Shown piece by piece: positions 7,503 through 18,234 of a stretch of DNA of 64,000 nt. A program made the translations under genes and the position numbers. The number at the start of each line of letters is the position of its first letter. Position 1 is the stretch's first letter. A model generated the notes under the pieces. The model did no database searches. It saw only the letters and a program-made list of their open reading frames with translations, and was not told the origin of the DNA. This DNA is from Stellaceae bacterium (GTDB lineage: Bacteria; Pseudomonadota; Alphaproteobacteria; ATCC43930; CGMCC-115725), in NCBI GenBank assembly GCA_035309005.1, contig DATGFP010000117.1, positions 5,721 to 69,720 on the forward strand, given 5' to 3'.

Positions 7503-8003
7503 ATGAGCGACACCAGCAGAAAGCCGCGGCTCGTCGGCATCAACCATGTCGCGATCGAGGTCGGCGACATCGACGCGGCGCTCGAGTGGTATGGGCGGAT
7601 CTTCGAGTTCACGCTGCGCGGCAAGGGCGAGCGCAACGCCTTTATCGATCTGGGCGACCAGTTCATCAACATGACGCTGACCCACGCCCCCCGTCGCGAC
7701 GGCGCCGAGCGCCGCAGCGCCGAGCGGCGCGGTGTCGAGCGGCGGGCCGAGCGCCGGCATATCGGCTTTGTCGTCGACGACCGCACCTCGGTCAAGGGGC
7801 GCGCCGAAGCCGCCGGGGCACGGATGGTCGAGGGTCCATTCCTCGACTTCCTCGACCCGTGGGGCAACCGCATCGAGGTCATCGAATATTCCAACATCCA
7901 GTTCACCAAGGCCGCCAACGTGCAGCGCGGCATGGGCCTCGCGCTCGACAAGAACGCCAACGCGCGCAAGGAATTGGCCGAGAAAGGCATGGCGCCCGAA
8001 TGA
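7503..8003 (+). CDS. VOC/glyoxalase-family protein with Arg/Glu-rich insertion
   Basis: INHVAIEVGDIDAALEWYGRIF...HIGFVVDD...DPWGNRIEV. GGGAG lies before the ATG at 7503. Confidence 0.75.
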   Translation: MSDTSRKPRLVGINHVAIEVGDIDAALEWYGRIFEFTLRGKGERNAFIDLGDQFINMTLTHAPRRDGAERRSAERRGVERRAERRHIGFVVDDRTSVKGRAEAAGARMVEGPFLDFLDPWGNRIEVIEYSNIQFTKAANVQRGMGLALDKNANARKELAEKGMAPE

Positions 8004-9031
8004 GTGCCCAAGGAAGGATGATGCAGCTCAGCCTGATCGTCCGCGGCCAGCATCCGCCGGGCGACATCGCCGGGCATTTGCGCGACGATCTGGAGCTGGT
8101 GCGGCGCGCCGATGCGCTGGGCTTCGACGGCATCGTCAAGGGCTCGCACTACAGCGCGCATCCGTTCGAATATGTGCAGCAAGTTCCGTTCCTCGCTTAT
8201 GCGGCGGCGATCGCGCCGAGGCTGCGTCTGATCTGCGGCCTGGTGCTGCTACCGCTGCACAAGCCGCTCGACCTCGCCGAGCAGCTTGCGACCTTGGACG
8301 TCATGTCGGGCGGCAAGTTGGTTTTCGGCTGCGGCATCGGCTACCGCGACGTCGAGTTCAAGGCGTTCGGCGTGCCGCGCGCCGGCCTCGGGCGCCGCTT
8401 CGAGGAATCCCTCGAGGCGATAAAGCGTCTATGGACCGAGGATTTCGTCGACATGAAGGGCTCGCATTTCGAGCTCGACCATGCGAACTGCACCGTTAAA
8501 CCGCTGCAGCAGCCGACCCCGCCCATTTGGATCGGCGCCAATGCCGATGTTGCGATCCGCCGCGCCGCGCGATTGGCCGATTGCTGGTACATCAATCCGC
8601 ACAACACGCTGACGACGATCGAGCGCCAGATGGAGCTCTATAAGCGCACCCTCGACGAATTGGGAAAGCCGTTCCCGGCAGAGGTGCCGATGCGCCGCGA
8701 GGTCTTCGTCGCGCCGACCCGCGCAGAGGCGATTCGCCGCGCGCAGCCCTATCTCGAAGAAAAATACAAGGCCTACCGCGACTGGGGGCAAGACAAGGTG
8801 ATGCCAAAGGGCGACGATTTCGACCACGGCTTCGCCGAACTCCTGGAAGACCGCTTCCTGCTCGGCTCGCCGGCCGAGGTCGCCGACCAGATGATCCGCC
8901 TTAACCGCCGCCTCGGGGTCAACCACATCGTCGCCTCGGTGCATTGGCCGGGCATGCCCAACAGCCTCGCCCTCGACCAATTGCAGATCCTCGCCGAAGA
9001 AGTCATGCCGCAGGTGCGCGCTGCGGTGTAA
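8000..9031 (+). CDS. LLM-class (luciferase-like, possibly F420-type) oxidoreductase
   Basis: LLM signature regions are present (GFDGIV.GSHY...LDVMSGGKLVFGCGIGYRDVEF). ATGA overlap with the VOC gene; an alternative ATG at 8018 follows AGGAAGG. The 5' 800 nt of the track ORF are rejected. Confidence 0.85.
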   Translation: MSAQGRMMQLSLIVRGQHPPGDIAGHLRDDLELVRRADALGFDGIVKGSHYSAHPFEYVQQVPFLAYAAAIAPRLRLICGLVLLPLHKPLDLAEQLATLDVMSGGKLVFGCGIGYRDVEFKAFGVPRAGLGRRFEESLEAIKRLWTEDFVDMKGSHFELDHANCTVKPLQQPTPPIWIGANADVAIRRAARLADCWYINPHNTLTTIERQMELYKRTLDELGKPFPAEVPMRREVFVAPTRAEAIRRAQPYLEEKYKAYRDWGQDKVMPKGDDFDHGFAELLEDRFLLGSPAEVADQMIRLNRRLGVNHIVASVHWPGMPNSLALDQLQILAEEVMPQVRAAV

Positions 9032-9165
9032 CCGCGGCGGCATGCCGGGGCCGGCGCCTCGCGTCTCCGTATGGCTGCCATCGCCAAAACGCGCGCAGCA
9101 ATCAAGCAACGCGAGCCCGGTTGCAGGTATTCTCGCTGCCGTCCGCGGCGGGAGCGAAATTGGGG

Positions 9166-10431
9166 ATGAGCACGAGCGTATCGGAACCCAGCACGGCGCG
9201 CCGCGCCGCCGAGGCGACTGCGTTCTCGGTCATCCTCGCCCTCAGCTTCTCGCATTTCCTCAACGACATGATGCAGTCGCTGGTGCCGGCGCTCTATCCG
9301 ATGCTGAAGACCTCATACGGCCTCAGCTTCGCGCAGGTCGGCATGATCACGCTGACGATGCAGGCGGTCTCATCGCTGCTGCAGCCGGCCGTCGGGCACT
9401 TCGCCGACCGCCGGCCGCGGCCCTATTCGCTGGCGGTCGGCATGGGGTCGACGCTGGTGGGGCTGTTGCTCTTGGCGCATGCCAGCAGCTACCCACTGCT
9501 GTTGCTGGCGGCGACGCTGGTCGGCGCCGGCTCGGCAGTGTTCCACCCGGAGGCCTCGCGGGTCGCGCGGATGGCCTCGGGTGGGCGGCACGGGTTGGCG
9601 CAGTCGCTGTTTCAGGTTGGCGGCAATGTCGGCTCGGCGTCGGGGCCGATCCTCGCCGCCTTCATCGTCGTGCCGAAAGGCCAATCGAGTATCGCCTGGT
9701 TTTCCGCCGCGGCGCTGCTCGCGATGGCGGTGTTGTGCGGTGTTGGCAACTGGCATTGGCGCGAGCGTGCCGCACCGCGCCCGGCGCGCGCACCGCATCA
9801 CCGAGCGGTCTCGCTGCCGCGCGGCCGGGTGGCGTGGTCGCTGGCGATCCTCCTGGCGCTGGTGTTCTCGAAATCATTCTACCAGACCAGTCTGGGGAAT
9901 TATTATACCTTCTACCTGATCAGCAAATTCGGCCTGTCGGTGGCGCACGCCCAGGTTTTCCTCTTCGTCTTTCTCGCCGCGGTGGCGCTCGGCACCTTGA
10001 TCGGCGGCCCGCTCGGCGACCGCATCGGTCGCAAATCGGTGATCTGGGGCTCGATTCTCGGGGTCATCCCGTTCACCCTGGCGTTGCCCTATGTCGGCCT
10101 CGCGTGGACCGCGGCGCTCAGCGTCGCCATCGGCTTGACGTTGGCCTCGGCCTCCTCGGCGATCGTCGTTTATGCAATCGACCTCGTGCCGGGGAAGGTC
10201 GGCACGATCGCCGGCCTCTTCTTCGGCCTGTCGTTCGGCCTTGCCGGGGTCGGCGCGGCATTGCTCGGGCGGCTGGCCGACGCCACCAGCATCGACTTCG
10301 TCTATCGGCTGTGCGCCTTCCTGCCGCTGCTCGGGCTCTTGACCGTCTTCCTGCCCGATATCGGACGCCCGCAGCGGCCCGGTCAGCTTGATGGCCCCCT
10401 CGGAAAGCCCGCGCTCCAAACCCGTGCGTGA
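9166..10431 (+). CDS. MFS transporter (Fsr-like)
   Basis: About twelve hydrophobic segments and an N-terminal FSHFLNDMMQSLVPALYPML motif. ATG at 9166. Confidence 0.8.
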   Translation: MSTSVSEPSTARRAAEATAFSVILALSFSHFLNDMMQSLVPALYPMLKTSYGLSFAQVGMITLTMQAVSSLLQPAVGHFADRRPRPYSLAVGMGSTLVGLLLLAHASSYPLLLLAATLVGAGSAVFHPEASRVARMASGGRHGLAQSLFQVGGNVGSASGPILAAFIVVPKGQSSIAWFSAAALLAMAVLCGVGNWHWRERAAPRPARAPHHRAVSLPRGRVAWSLAILLALVFSKSFYQTSLGNYYTFYLISKFGLSVAHAQVFLFVFLAAVALGTLIGGPLGDRIGRKSVIWGSILGVIPFTLALPYVGLAWTAALSVAIGLTLASASSAIVVYAIDLVPGKVGTIAGLFFGLSFGLAGVGAALLGRLADATSIDFVYRLCAFLPLLGLLTVFLPDIGRPQRPGQLDGPLGKPALQTRA

Positions 10432-10474
10432 TGCTATAAAGGCGGAGTCACGCCTCTACCTGCCGAGGGACCCC

Positions 10475-11614
10475 ATGTCCAATCAGCTGATCTCCTGCGA
10501 CGACCATATGGATCTCGGCCAGTTGCCGGCCGATCTTTGGCTGACCCGGCTGCCGCCGGAACTGCGTGATCGCGCCCCGCGCGTTGAGGAGCAGGGCGGC
10601 CAGGCGGTGTGGATTTGCGACGGCAAGCCCTGGGGCGCCTGGAACGGCAAGAAGCCGGCGACCGGCAACCAGCGCGCGGTCAAGCCGATTTACACCGCTT
10701 TCGATCGTGCCGGCATCTTCGACGCCAGCGCGCGCCGGCCGGCCGTCGCCGAATTGCGCCTGGCGGACATGGACCGCGACGGGGTCGAGACACAGGTGAT
10801 CTTTGGCCCGATCTTCCAGATCTCAACCGATGACGAGGCGCTGCGCGTCGCGTGCTACCGCGTCTACAACGACTGGCTGATGGAATTCTGCGCGGCGGCG
10901 CCCGATCGGCTCATCGGCGTGCCGATGCTGCCCGAGACGCCGGACGGCGCGGTGGCTGAATTGCGCCGCCTCGCGGAGAAGGGCGGGGTGCGCCAGGTCA
11001 CGCTGATGATCGCCAACATCAAGCCGAAGCTCGACGACCCGGCGTGGGAAAAGCTGTGGTCGGCGCTCGAGGAAACCGGGATCATCCTCTCTTGGCACAT
11101 CACCGTCTTTGTCGGCAAACCCGGCGACCGCGTCGCCGGCAAGACCGCCAGCGTCTTCGAGAACACCAAGTTCTTCATGGCGAATTTTCTAGAGCCGTTT
11201 GTCGATCTGTTCGCCTGGGGCATCCTGGAGCGCCATCCGAAACTGAAGATGGTAATGGCGGAAGCCGGTACCGGCTGGCTGCCCTGGCTGGTGCAGGAAC
11301 TCGACTACCGTCATTGGCGGCTGTGGGAAGCCAAGGAATTCTGGGCCGACAAGGGCGGCATCCAGCTCGAAACCAAGCCCAGCGAACTCTTCAAGCGCCA
11401 GATCTACGCGACCTTCCAGGAGGATTACGCGGCGATGTCGCTGATCCCGTTCTTCGGCGAAGGCCACCTGCTGTGGGCCTCCGACTATCCCCACCCCGAC
11501 AGCGTCTGGCCGCATTCGCGCGATGCCATCGAACGCCAGATGAGCACCCTATCCCCCGAAATGCGCCGGAAACTGACCCACGACAACGCGGCTAGGCTTT
11601 ACGGACTGAGTTAG
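10475..11614 (+). CDS. amidohydrolase-2 family metal-dependent hydrolase
   Basis: ISCDDHMDL start and C-terminal WASDYPHPD motif. GAGGGA lies before the ATG at 10475. Confidence 0.8.
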   Translation: MSNQLISCDDHMDLGQLPADLWLTRLPPELRDRAPRVEEQGGQAVWICDGKPWGAWNGKKPATGNQRAVKPIYTAFDRAGIFDASARRPAVAELRLADMDRDGVETQVIFGPIFQISTDDEALRVACYRVYNDWLMEFCAAAPDRLIGVPMLPETPDGAVAELRRLAEKGGVRQVTLMIANIKPKLDDPAWEKLWSALEETGIILSWHITVFVGKPGDRVAGKTASVFENTKFFMANFLEPFVDLFAWGILERHPKLKMVMAEAGTGWLPWLVQELDYRHWRLWEAKEFWADKGGIQLETKPSELFKRQIYATFQEDYAAMSLIPFFGEGHLLWASDYPHPDSVWPHSRDAIERQMSTLSPEMRRKLTHDNAARLYGLS

Positions 11615-11656
11615 ACCGTCGTCCGATAGAGCGGGGCGTTTTTCCTCCCCCGTCTT

Positions 11657-11745
11657 GGCCGGGCTTGACCCGTGGGCCTTCAGCCCACGGGCGTGATCCG
11701 TGGGCATCCACGTAGGTCCCCGGGTCAAGCCCGGGGATGACGATT
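11657..11745. repeat. REP-like nested palindromic intergenic element
   Basis: The outer arms CCGGGCTTGACCCG (11659-11672) and CGGGTCAAGCCCGG (11721-11734) enclose the inner hairpin CCGTGGGC-CTTCA-GCCCACGG. The tail CCGGGGATGACGAT resembles the element at 33659-33687. Confidence 0.6.
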
Positions 11746-11769
11746 CGCTAAAATGAACCCCTCAGTGCC

Positions 11770-12600
11770 TCAGAAAAACGCCAGCGTGCGGATTTCGATG
11801 CTTTCGCGGGGGCGGGCATGGGGTGGGGCGGTGGGATCGGCGAAGGCGGTGTGGGCGGTCCAGCGGGCGCGGCCGTCCGTCAGCGATTCGTAGACCTTGA
11901 AGACCAAGGCTTCGTCGGGCCGCATGTGCGGGAACCAGTACCAGCGCTGCGCCGGGTCGTAGGTGATCGCGTAGGTCTGGCCGATGCGGTCCTGGTAGCG
12001 CCGCTCGTTGATCACGAGGCGCTCGGGGCGGACGCTCTGCGCATCGCAGATCGCCAACGGGTGGCTTTCCACCGGGTGGTTGATCGGCCGCCACACCTGG
12101 ATGATCGCGAAGCGGCCCTTGAGCAGTTCCTCGGCCTCGGCGCCCATGATGTCGCGCACCCGCTGCGGCCCCGACCATTCGGTGTAGTCGTTGTGGACCC
12201 GGCTGACGATGTCGCGGATCTGCTGCGCCTCGCGCTGCCGGTCGCTGGCGGTGCGCAATGTGTGGTCGAACACGACGACCCGCTTCGCGCCGCTGACCTG
12301 TTTGATCAGTTCGACGCATTCTGGGTAATAGACCCGCCGCACCTCTGCGTCGTCGAAGAAATCGGCGACGCGCGTGTGGTGTGGCACAAAGCGGAAGCCC
12401 TCGCGCTCGAACTCGAAGCCGCCGGCGAGCGGCCTGCCGTTATGCAGCCTGACATGGTGCGTCTCGTTGTCGCCGCCCTCGCGCTCGTCGACCCCGCCGG
12501 GCTTGGCAACATAGGTCACCAGCTTCTCGGGCTTGGCGAGGTAAACGAGGTCGGCCTCTATCGTGCCGGGGACGGTATCGACTTCGGCGATCTGAACCAT
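11770..12600 (-). CDS. CmcJ/NvfI-family oxidoreductase-like protein
   Basis: VFDHTLR, RVHNDYTEWSGP, RFAIIQVWRPI and PLAICDAQSV motifs, recalled from this family. ATG at 12600. Confidence 0.7.
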   Translation of the reverse strand: MVQIAEVDTVPGTIEADLVYLAKPEKLVTYVAKPGGVDEREGGDNETHHVRLHNGRPLAGGFEFEREGFRFVPHHTRVADFFDDAEVRRVYYPECVELIKQVSGAKRVVVFDHTLRTASDRQREAQQIRDIVSRVHNDYTEWSGPQRVRDIMGAEAEELLKGRFAIIQVWRPINHPVESHPLAICDAQSVRPERLVINERRYQDRIGQTYAITYDPAQRWYWFPHMRPDEALVFKVYESLTDGRARWTAHTAFADPTAPPHARPRESIEIRTLAFF

Positions 12601-12729
12601 TGACGGCTCCCGTGCAGCATTGTGTGTGATGATAGGGACGCCCCGCACCCGCTACAACTGTCGCGGCTGCATTGCCGCTGCCGCGGCCTCTCGCTATAAC
12701 CCGCGCCTCCCCTCTAGCCGAGAACCGCC

Positions 12730-13152
12730 ATGGCCACCCAACGCACGCTGTCGATCATCAAGCCGGACGCGACCCGGCGCGACCTGACCGGCGCGATCAA
12801 CGACCGCTTCGAGCGCAGCGGCTTGCGCATCGTCGCGCAGAAACGCCTCAGGCTGAGCCGCGACCTGGCCGAGCGCTTCTACGCCGTGCACGCGGCGCGG
12901 CCGTTTTACCGCAGCCTCGTCGACTTCATGATCTCGGGCCCGGTCGTCGTGCAGGTGCTAGAGGGCGAGGACGCGGTTGCGAAAAACCGCGAGGTGATGG
13001 GCGCGACCGACCCCGCCAAGGCTGCTCCGGGTACGATCCGCAAGGACTTTGCCGAGTCGATCGAGGCCAATTCGGCGCACGGCTCCGATTCGCCGGAGAA
13101 CGCCGCGCAGGAGATCGCGTTTTTCTTCGCCGAGAGTGAAATCTGCCCGTAG
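12730..13152 (+). CDS. ndk: nucleoside-diphosphate kinase
   Basis: [10 protein letters not shown]...GATDP...NSAHGSDS over 140 aa. Confidence 0.95.
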   Translation: MATQRTLSIIKPDATRRDLTGAINDRFERSGLRIVAQKRLRLSRDLAERFYAVHAARPFYRSLVDFMISGPVVVQVLEGEDAVAKNREVMGATDPAKAAPGTIRKDFAESIEANSAHGSDSPENAAQEIAFFFAESEICP

Positions 13153-14712
13153 CTACCCCGCCAGCACAAGCCGCAGCGCGATCGCAACCAGCGCCGCCGC
13201 GGCGAGCCACAGCGGGATCGCCAGCAACGGCAAGAGGCGGGCGCGGTGTGCTGCCTGCGCCGCTAGGCTCTCGGCGTGCAGCACAACACCCTCGCTCGCC
13301 CAGTCGCCGACCAGCTTGTCGAGGCTCTTCAATAGGCGCGGCAATTCGTCGAGCGCCTCCAATGCCGTCTCGAAGCGCTGTCGCAGCTGCGCTTCGGGGC
13401 CGCGATTTTCGCGCACCCATGCCTCGACCAGCGGCTGCGCTAGCCCCCAGATGTTGACCGTCGGGTCGAGCCGGCGGCCGATGCCCTCGACCAGCACCAT
13501 CGTCTTCTGCAGCAGCAGCAGCTGCGGCTGGGTCTCCATCTCGAACTGCTCGGTGACCTGGAACAGCTGCGCCAGGAGCCGGGCGATCGAAATTTCGTGC
13601 AGCTTGCGTCCGAGGATCGGCTCGCCGATCGAGCGGCAGGCCTGGGTGAAAGCATCAACCGAGCGCCGCCGCGGCACGTAGCCGGCGGTGAAATGTACTT
13701 CGGCGACCCGGCGGTAATCGCCCGTGAGAAACCCCACCAGCATGTCGGCGAGGTAATAGCGGGTCTCGCGGTCGAGCCGGCCCATGATGCCGAAATCGAC
13801 CGCCGCGAGGACGCCGTCGGCCGCGACGAAGAGGTTGCCCGGATGCTGGTCAGCATGAAAGAAGCCGTCGCGGAACACCTGCTTGAAGAATGTCTCCGCC
13901 GCCGAGCGCAGCAGATCGGGCATCGAATGGCCGGCGGCAACGAGCGCCTCGCGGTCGTCGATGCGGATGCCGGCGACCCGCTCGGTGGTCAGCACGCTAC
14001 GCCCGGTGCGCAGCCAATCGACCTGCGGCACGCGAAAGGCAGCATCGCCGGCGAAATTCTCGCCGAGCTCGGAGGCGGCGGCGGCTTCGAAGCGCAAATC
14101 CATCTCGAGCTCGACCGATTGCGCCAATGTCTCGACCACCTCGATGGGCTTCAGGCGGCGCAGCGCGGGCTGGGTCCGCTCGGCGAGGCGCGCCAGCCAG
14201 CGAAACAGGTCGAGGTCGCGAGCGAAGGCGCGGGCAATCCTGGGGCGCAACACCTTGACCGCCACCGCCCGTCCGTCGGTCGTCTCGGCAAAATGCACCT
14301 GTGCGATCGAGGCCGCGGCAATCGCGGTCTCGTCGAACGTGGCAAACAGCTCAGCGAGCGGCCGCTCGAATTCGGCCTCGATCAGGGCGCGCGCCTCCCG
14401 CCCCGGAAACGGCGGTAAGCGATCCTGCAGCAGCGCGAGGTCGAGCGCGATCTCGTCTCCCAACAGATCGGCGCGAGTTGCCAGGATCTGCCCGAGCTTG
14501 ATAAAGCTCGGCCCCATTTCGCTGAGCGCCGCCGCCAGCCGCTCGCCGGGCCGGCGGGCGCCGGTGGCGCGGCGACGTGCGAGGCGGGCCAGCCGCACCA
14601 ACGGCGCGGCGCCCGCCACGCGCTCCAGCGGAAACAGCGCGTCATGCCGCGCCAGCGCCAGCCCGATCCCGATAAGGCGCGCCAGATTGCGGCTGCTGCG
14701 GAAGAGCGACAC
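13153..14712 (-). CDS. ubiB: ubiquinone biosynthesis ABC1-family kinase-like protein UbiB
   Basis: FIKLGQILATRADLL, AAASIAQVHFA, FHADQHPGNLFV and a C-terminal TM segment. GTG start. Lies next to ubiE. Confidence 0.9.
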   Translation of the reverse strand: MSLFRSSRNLARLIGIGLALARHDALFPLERVAGAAPLVRLARLARRRATGARRPGERLAAALSEMGPSFIKLGQILATRADLLGDEIALDLALLQDRLPPFPGREARALIEAEFERPLAELFATFDETAIAAASIAQVHFAETTDGRAVAVKVLRPRIARAFARDLDLFRWLARLAERTQPALRRLKPIEVVETLAQSVELEMDLRFEAAAASELGENFAGDAAFRVPQVDWLRTGRSVLTTERVAGIRIDDREALVAAGHSMPDLLRSAAETFFKQVFRDGFFHADQHPGNLFVAADGVLAAVDFGIMGRLDRETRYYLADMLVGFLTGDYRRVAEVHFTAGYVPRRRSVDAFTQACRSIGEPILGRKLHEISIARLLAQLFQVTEQFEMETQPQLLLLQKTMVLVEGIGRRLDPTVNIWGLAQPLVEAWVRENRGPEAQLRQRFETALEALDELPRLLKSLDKLVGDWASEGVVLHAESLAAQAAHRARLLPLLAIPLWLAAAALVAIALRLVLAG

Positions 14713-14725
14713 CGCGCCGCTTCGG

Positions 14726-15517
14726 TCAGAGCCGCCAGGCCGAATGGAGCGCCGCGATGCCGCCGGTCAGGTTGCGGAACCGGCCCCGCTCCAGGCCCGC
14801 CGCCGCGATCAGCTCGAGCACCGCGCCTTGCGGCGGGAAGCGGCGAATACTCTCGACCAGATAGGTGTACGCATCGCGGTTGCCGGTGACGATCTGGCCG
14901 AGCAGCGGCAGCACCTGGAAGCTGTAGAGGTCGTAGAGCGGCTGCAGCAGCAGCGCCACCGCCGGGGTGAATTCGAGGCACAGGAAGCGGCCGCCGGGCT
15001 TTAGCACGCGCCTTGCCTCGGCGAGCGCCCGCTCGATCCGGGTCACGTTGCGCAGGCCGAAGGCGATCGTATAGAGATCGACCGAGCGGTCGGCGAGCGG
15101 CAATGCCTCGGCATCGCCGCCGAGCCACTCGATGCCGGCCAGGATGCCGTCGTCGAGGGCACGGGCGCGACCAATCTCCAGCATCTGCGGGTTGGCGTCG
15201 CACACGATGACGGCTCCACCCGCCGCGGGCTGCAGCCGCGGCAAGGCGCGGCGTGCCACATCGCCGGTGCCGCCGGCGACATCGATGAGAAGCTGGCCGG
15301 GGCGCGGCGCGAGCCAGCGCACCATCTCGGCCTTCCACCAGCGGTGGACGCCGCCGCTCATCAGGTCGTTCATCAGGTCGTAGCGCCCGGCGACGCTGTC
15401 GAAGATCTCGCGCACCAGCGGCGCCTTCGCCGCTTCCGGCACGCGGCGGTAGCCGAAATCCGTCTCCTCGCCGGCTTCCCGCCAAGCAGAGTTATCGCTT
15501 GTCTCGTCTCGGTTCAT
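14726..15517 (-). CDS. ubiE: demethylmenaquinone/ubiquinone C-methyltransferase UbiE
   Basis: [24 protein letters not shown] and [11 protein letters not shown] motif. ATG at 15517; the track ORF 5' extension is rejected. Confidence 0.9.
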   Translation of the reverse strand: MNRDETSDNSAWREAGEETDFGYRRVPEAAKAPLVREIFDSVAGRYDLMNDLMSGGVHRWWKAEMVRWLAPRPGQLLIDVAGGTGDVARRALPRLQPAAGGAVIVCDANPQMLEIGRARALDDGILAGIEWLGGDAEALPLADRSVDLYTIAFGLRNVTRIERALAEARRVLKPGGRFLCLEFTPAVALLLQPLYDLYSFQVLPLLGQIVTGNRDAYTYLVESIRRFPPQGAVLELIAAAGLERGRFRNLTGGIAALHSAWRL

Positions 15518-15563
15518 CGGGCACGACAATAGTCCCTGCCGCCCCTCAGCTGCCAGAACTCGG

Positions 15564-16391
15564 ATGCCGGAGCTTCCTGAAGTCGAAACCGTCCGCCGCG
15601 GTCTCGCGCTGCGCATGACCGGACGGCGCATCGTGCATGCCGACCTGCGCCGTCCCGACCTACGCCGGCCGTTTCCCCCGATGCTGGCAGAGCGTCTCGC
15701 CGGCGCGCTGATCGGGCAGCTGCGGCGGCGCGGCAAATATCTCCTGATCGAGCTCGACGACAGCGGCGTGTTACTCCTGCACCTCGGCATGTCGGGGCGG
15801 ATCACCGCCGGCGCCGCCGGCACGCCGCCGGAACGGCACGACCATGTGATCCTGACGCTCGACGACGGCACCGTGGTGCGCTTCAACGACGCGCGCCGCT
15901 TCGGCTTGCTCGACTACATCGCGCGCGGCGCCGAGGCGGCGCATCCGCTGTTGGCGGGGATGGGACCCGAGCCGCTCCAAGAGGGATTCGACGGCACCTA
16001 TCTCGAAGGCGCGCTCACCGGCAAGATGACGCCGATCAAATCCGCCCTGCTCGACCAGAAGATTGTCGCCGGGCTCGGCAACATCTACGTCTGCGAGGCG
16101 CTCTATCGCGCCGGGATCTCGCCGCGCCGGCTGGCCGCGACCATCAGCGGCGCGCGGGCCCGGCGCCTCGCGGCGGCGATCCGCGAGGTGCTCGCCGAGG
16201 CGATCACTGCGGGCGGCTCCTCGTTGCGCGATTATGTCCAGGCCAACGGCGAACTCGGCTATTTCCAGCATCGCTGGGCGGTGTACGGCAAGGAGGGCGA
16301 GCCGTGCCCGGGCTGCACCTGCGCCGAGGGCGTTCGTCGCATCGTGCAGACCGGGCGCTCGACGTTTTTCTGCGCGAAACGCCAGCGCTGA
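15564..16391 (+). CDS. mutM: formamidopyrimidine-DNA glycosylase
   Basis: N-terminal MPELPEVE and C-terminal zinc finger C..C..(..)C..C, ending ...TFFCAKRQR. Confidence 0.95.
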   Translation: MPELPEVETVRRGLALRMTGRRIVHADLRRPDLRRPFPPMLAERLAGALIGQLRRRGKYLLIELDDSGVLLLHLGMSGRITAGAAGTPPERHDHVILTLDDGTVVRFNDARRFGLLDYIARGAEAAHPLLAGMGPEPLQEGFDGTYLEGALTGKMTPIKSALLDQKIVAGLGNIYVCEALYRAGISPRRLAATISGARARRLAAAIREVLAEAITAGGSSLRDYVQANGELGYFQHRWAVYGKEGEPCPGCTCAEGVRRIVQTGRSTFFCAKRQR

Positions 16392-16873
16392 CTGGCTGCT
16401 GCCTCGTAACGCCTTGTAATCGACAGTATCGATAAGCGTCGAATTCGCTATCGAATCCTCTCTTTTTCCGAAGATCGATTAAAAATACTCTTTTGGGACC
16501 TTTCCCATGCATCAAACCGTTTGATGGATTACTCGGCCCTGGACGGTCTGGCGAGGAGAGGGGAAGGGAGAGCGGCAATGATCTGCCCCGATACGGTTTT
16601 CGATTGCGACAATCCAGGCTGCCGCCGCGGCGGATGCCAGGGGCGGCGGCCCGATCTGCCGCTTCTGCGGGCGCCGGGCGTAACGCCGCCGATGCCACGG
16701 CCAGAGCCCGCGGGGTCGCTGCTGGCGGCCGAGACCGCCACCTTCCGCGCTCCCTAAGCCGAGCGTCCGTCCGGCCTTTCCTCGCTATCCGATTTCGGCG
16801 GTTAATCCTAAGCTCCGTCATCGGGCGGCCGCGGGCCCGATCGGGTGCGGCCGGCCATTTCGGCGAGGGAATC

Positions 16874-17659
<786 letters not shown>

Positions 17660-17671
17660 GGGGATGGCGCG

Positions 17672-18214
17672 ATGAAGAGGATCGTCGCGGCGGTCAGCTG
17701 CAGTCCGACGCACAGTTTTACCAAGGCCAATGCCGGCAGCATTCGCCTCGTCGCCGGGCTCGGCGTCGATGGCGATGCGCATCAGGGGGTAACAGTCAAG
17801 CACCGCTCGCGCATCGCCCGGTTCGGCGATACGCCGAACCTGCGCCAGGTGCACCTGATCCATGCCGAGCTGTTCGACGAGCTGCGGGCCGCCGGGTTTG
17901 CCGTCTCCGCCGGGCAGATGGGCGAGAACGTCACGACGCGCGGCCTCGACCTGCTCGGCTTGCCGGCCGGGACGCGGCTGCGGCTTGGCGACGCGGCTGT
18001 GGTTGAGGTGACCGGGCTGCGCAACCCGTGCCGCCAGCTCGATGGTTTCCAGCCCGGGCTGATGAACGCGACGCTGGCGCGTGACGAGGCCGGCAATCTC
18101 GTCCGCAAGGCCGGCATCATGGCCATCGTGCTCGAGGGCGGCGAAGTCCGCGATGGCGATGCGATCACGGTCGAAATGCCGCCGCCACCGCACCAGAAGC
18201 TCGAACCGGTCTGA
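17672..18214 (+). CDS. MOSC domain-containing protein
   Basis: GENVTTRGLDL...EVTGLRNPCRQLD matches the MOSC signature with its conserved Cys. Confidence 0.8.
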   Translation: MKRIVAAVSCSPTHSFTKANAGSIRLVAGLGVDGDAHQGVTVKHRSRIARFGDTPNLRQVHLIHAELFDELRAAGFAVSAGQMGENVTTRGLDLLGLPAGTRLRLGDAAVVEVTGLRNPCRQLDGFQPGLMNATLARDEAGNLVRKAGIMAIVLEGGEVRDGDAITVEMPPPPHQKLEPV

Positions 18215-18234
18215 GGGTTCCACCCAAGAAGCGG

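Noticed and set aside
7187-7999. 5' 271 codons of the 614-aa track ORF
   Set aside because: This part overlaps the NHL gene and the VOC gene in other frames and is extremely Arg-rich. The LLM homology begins only at the ATG at 8000 or 8018.
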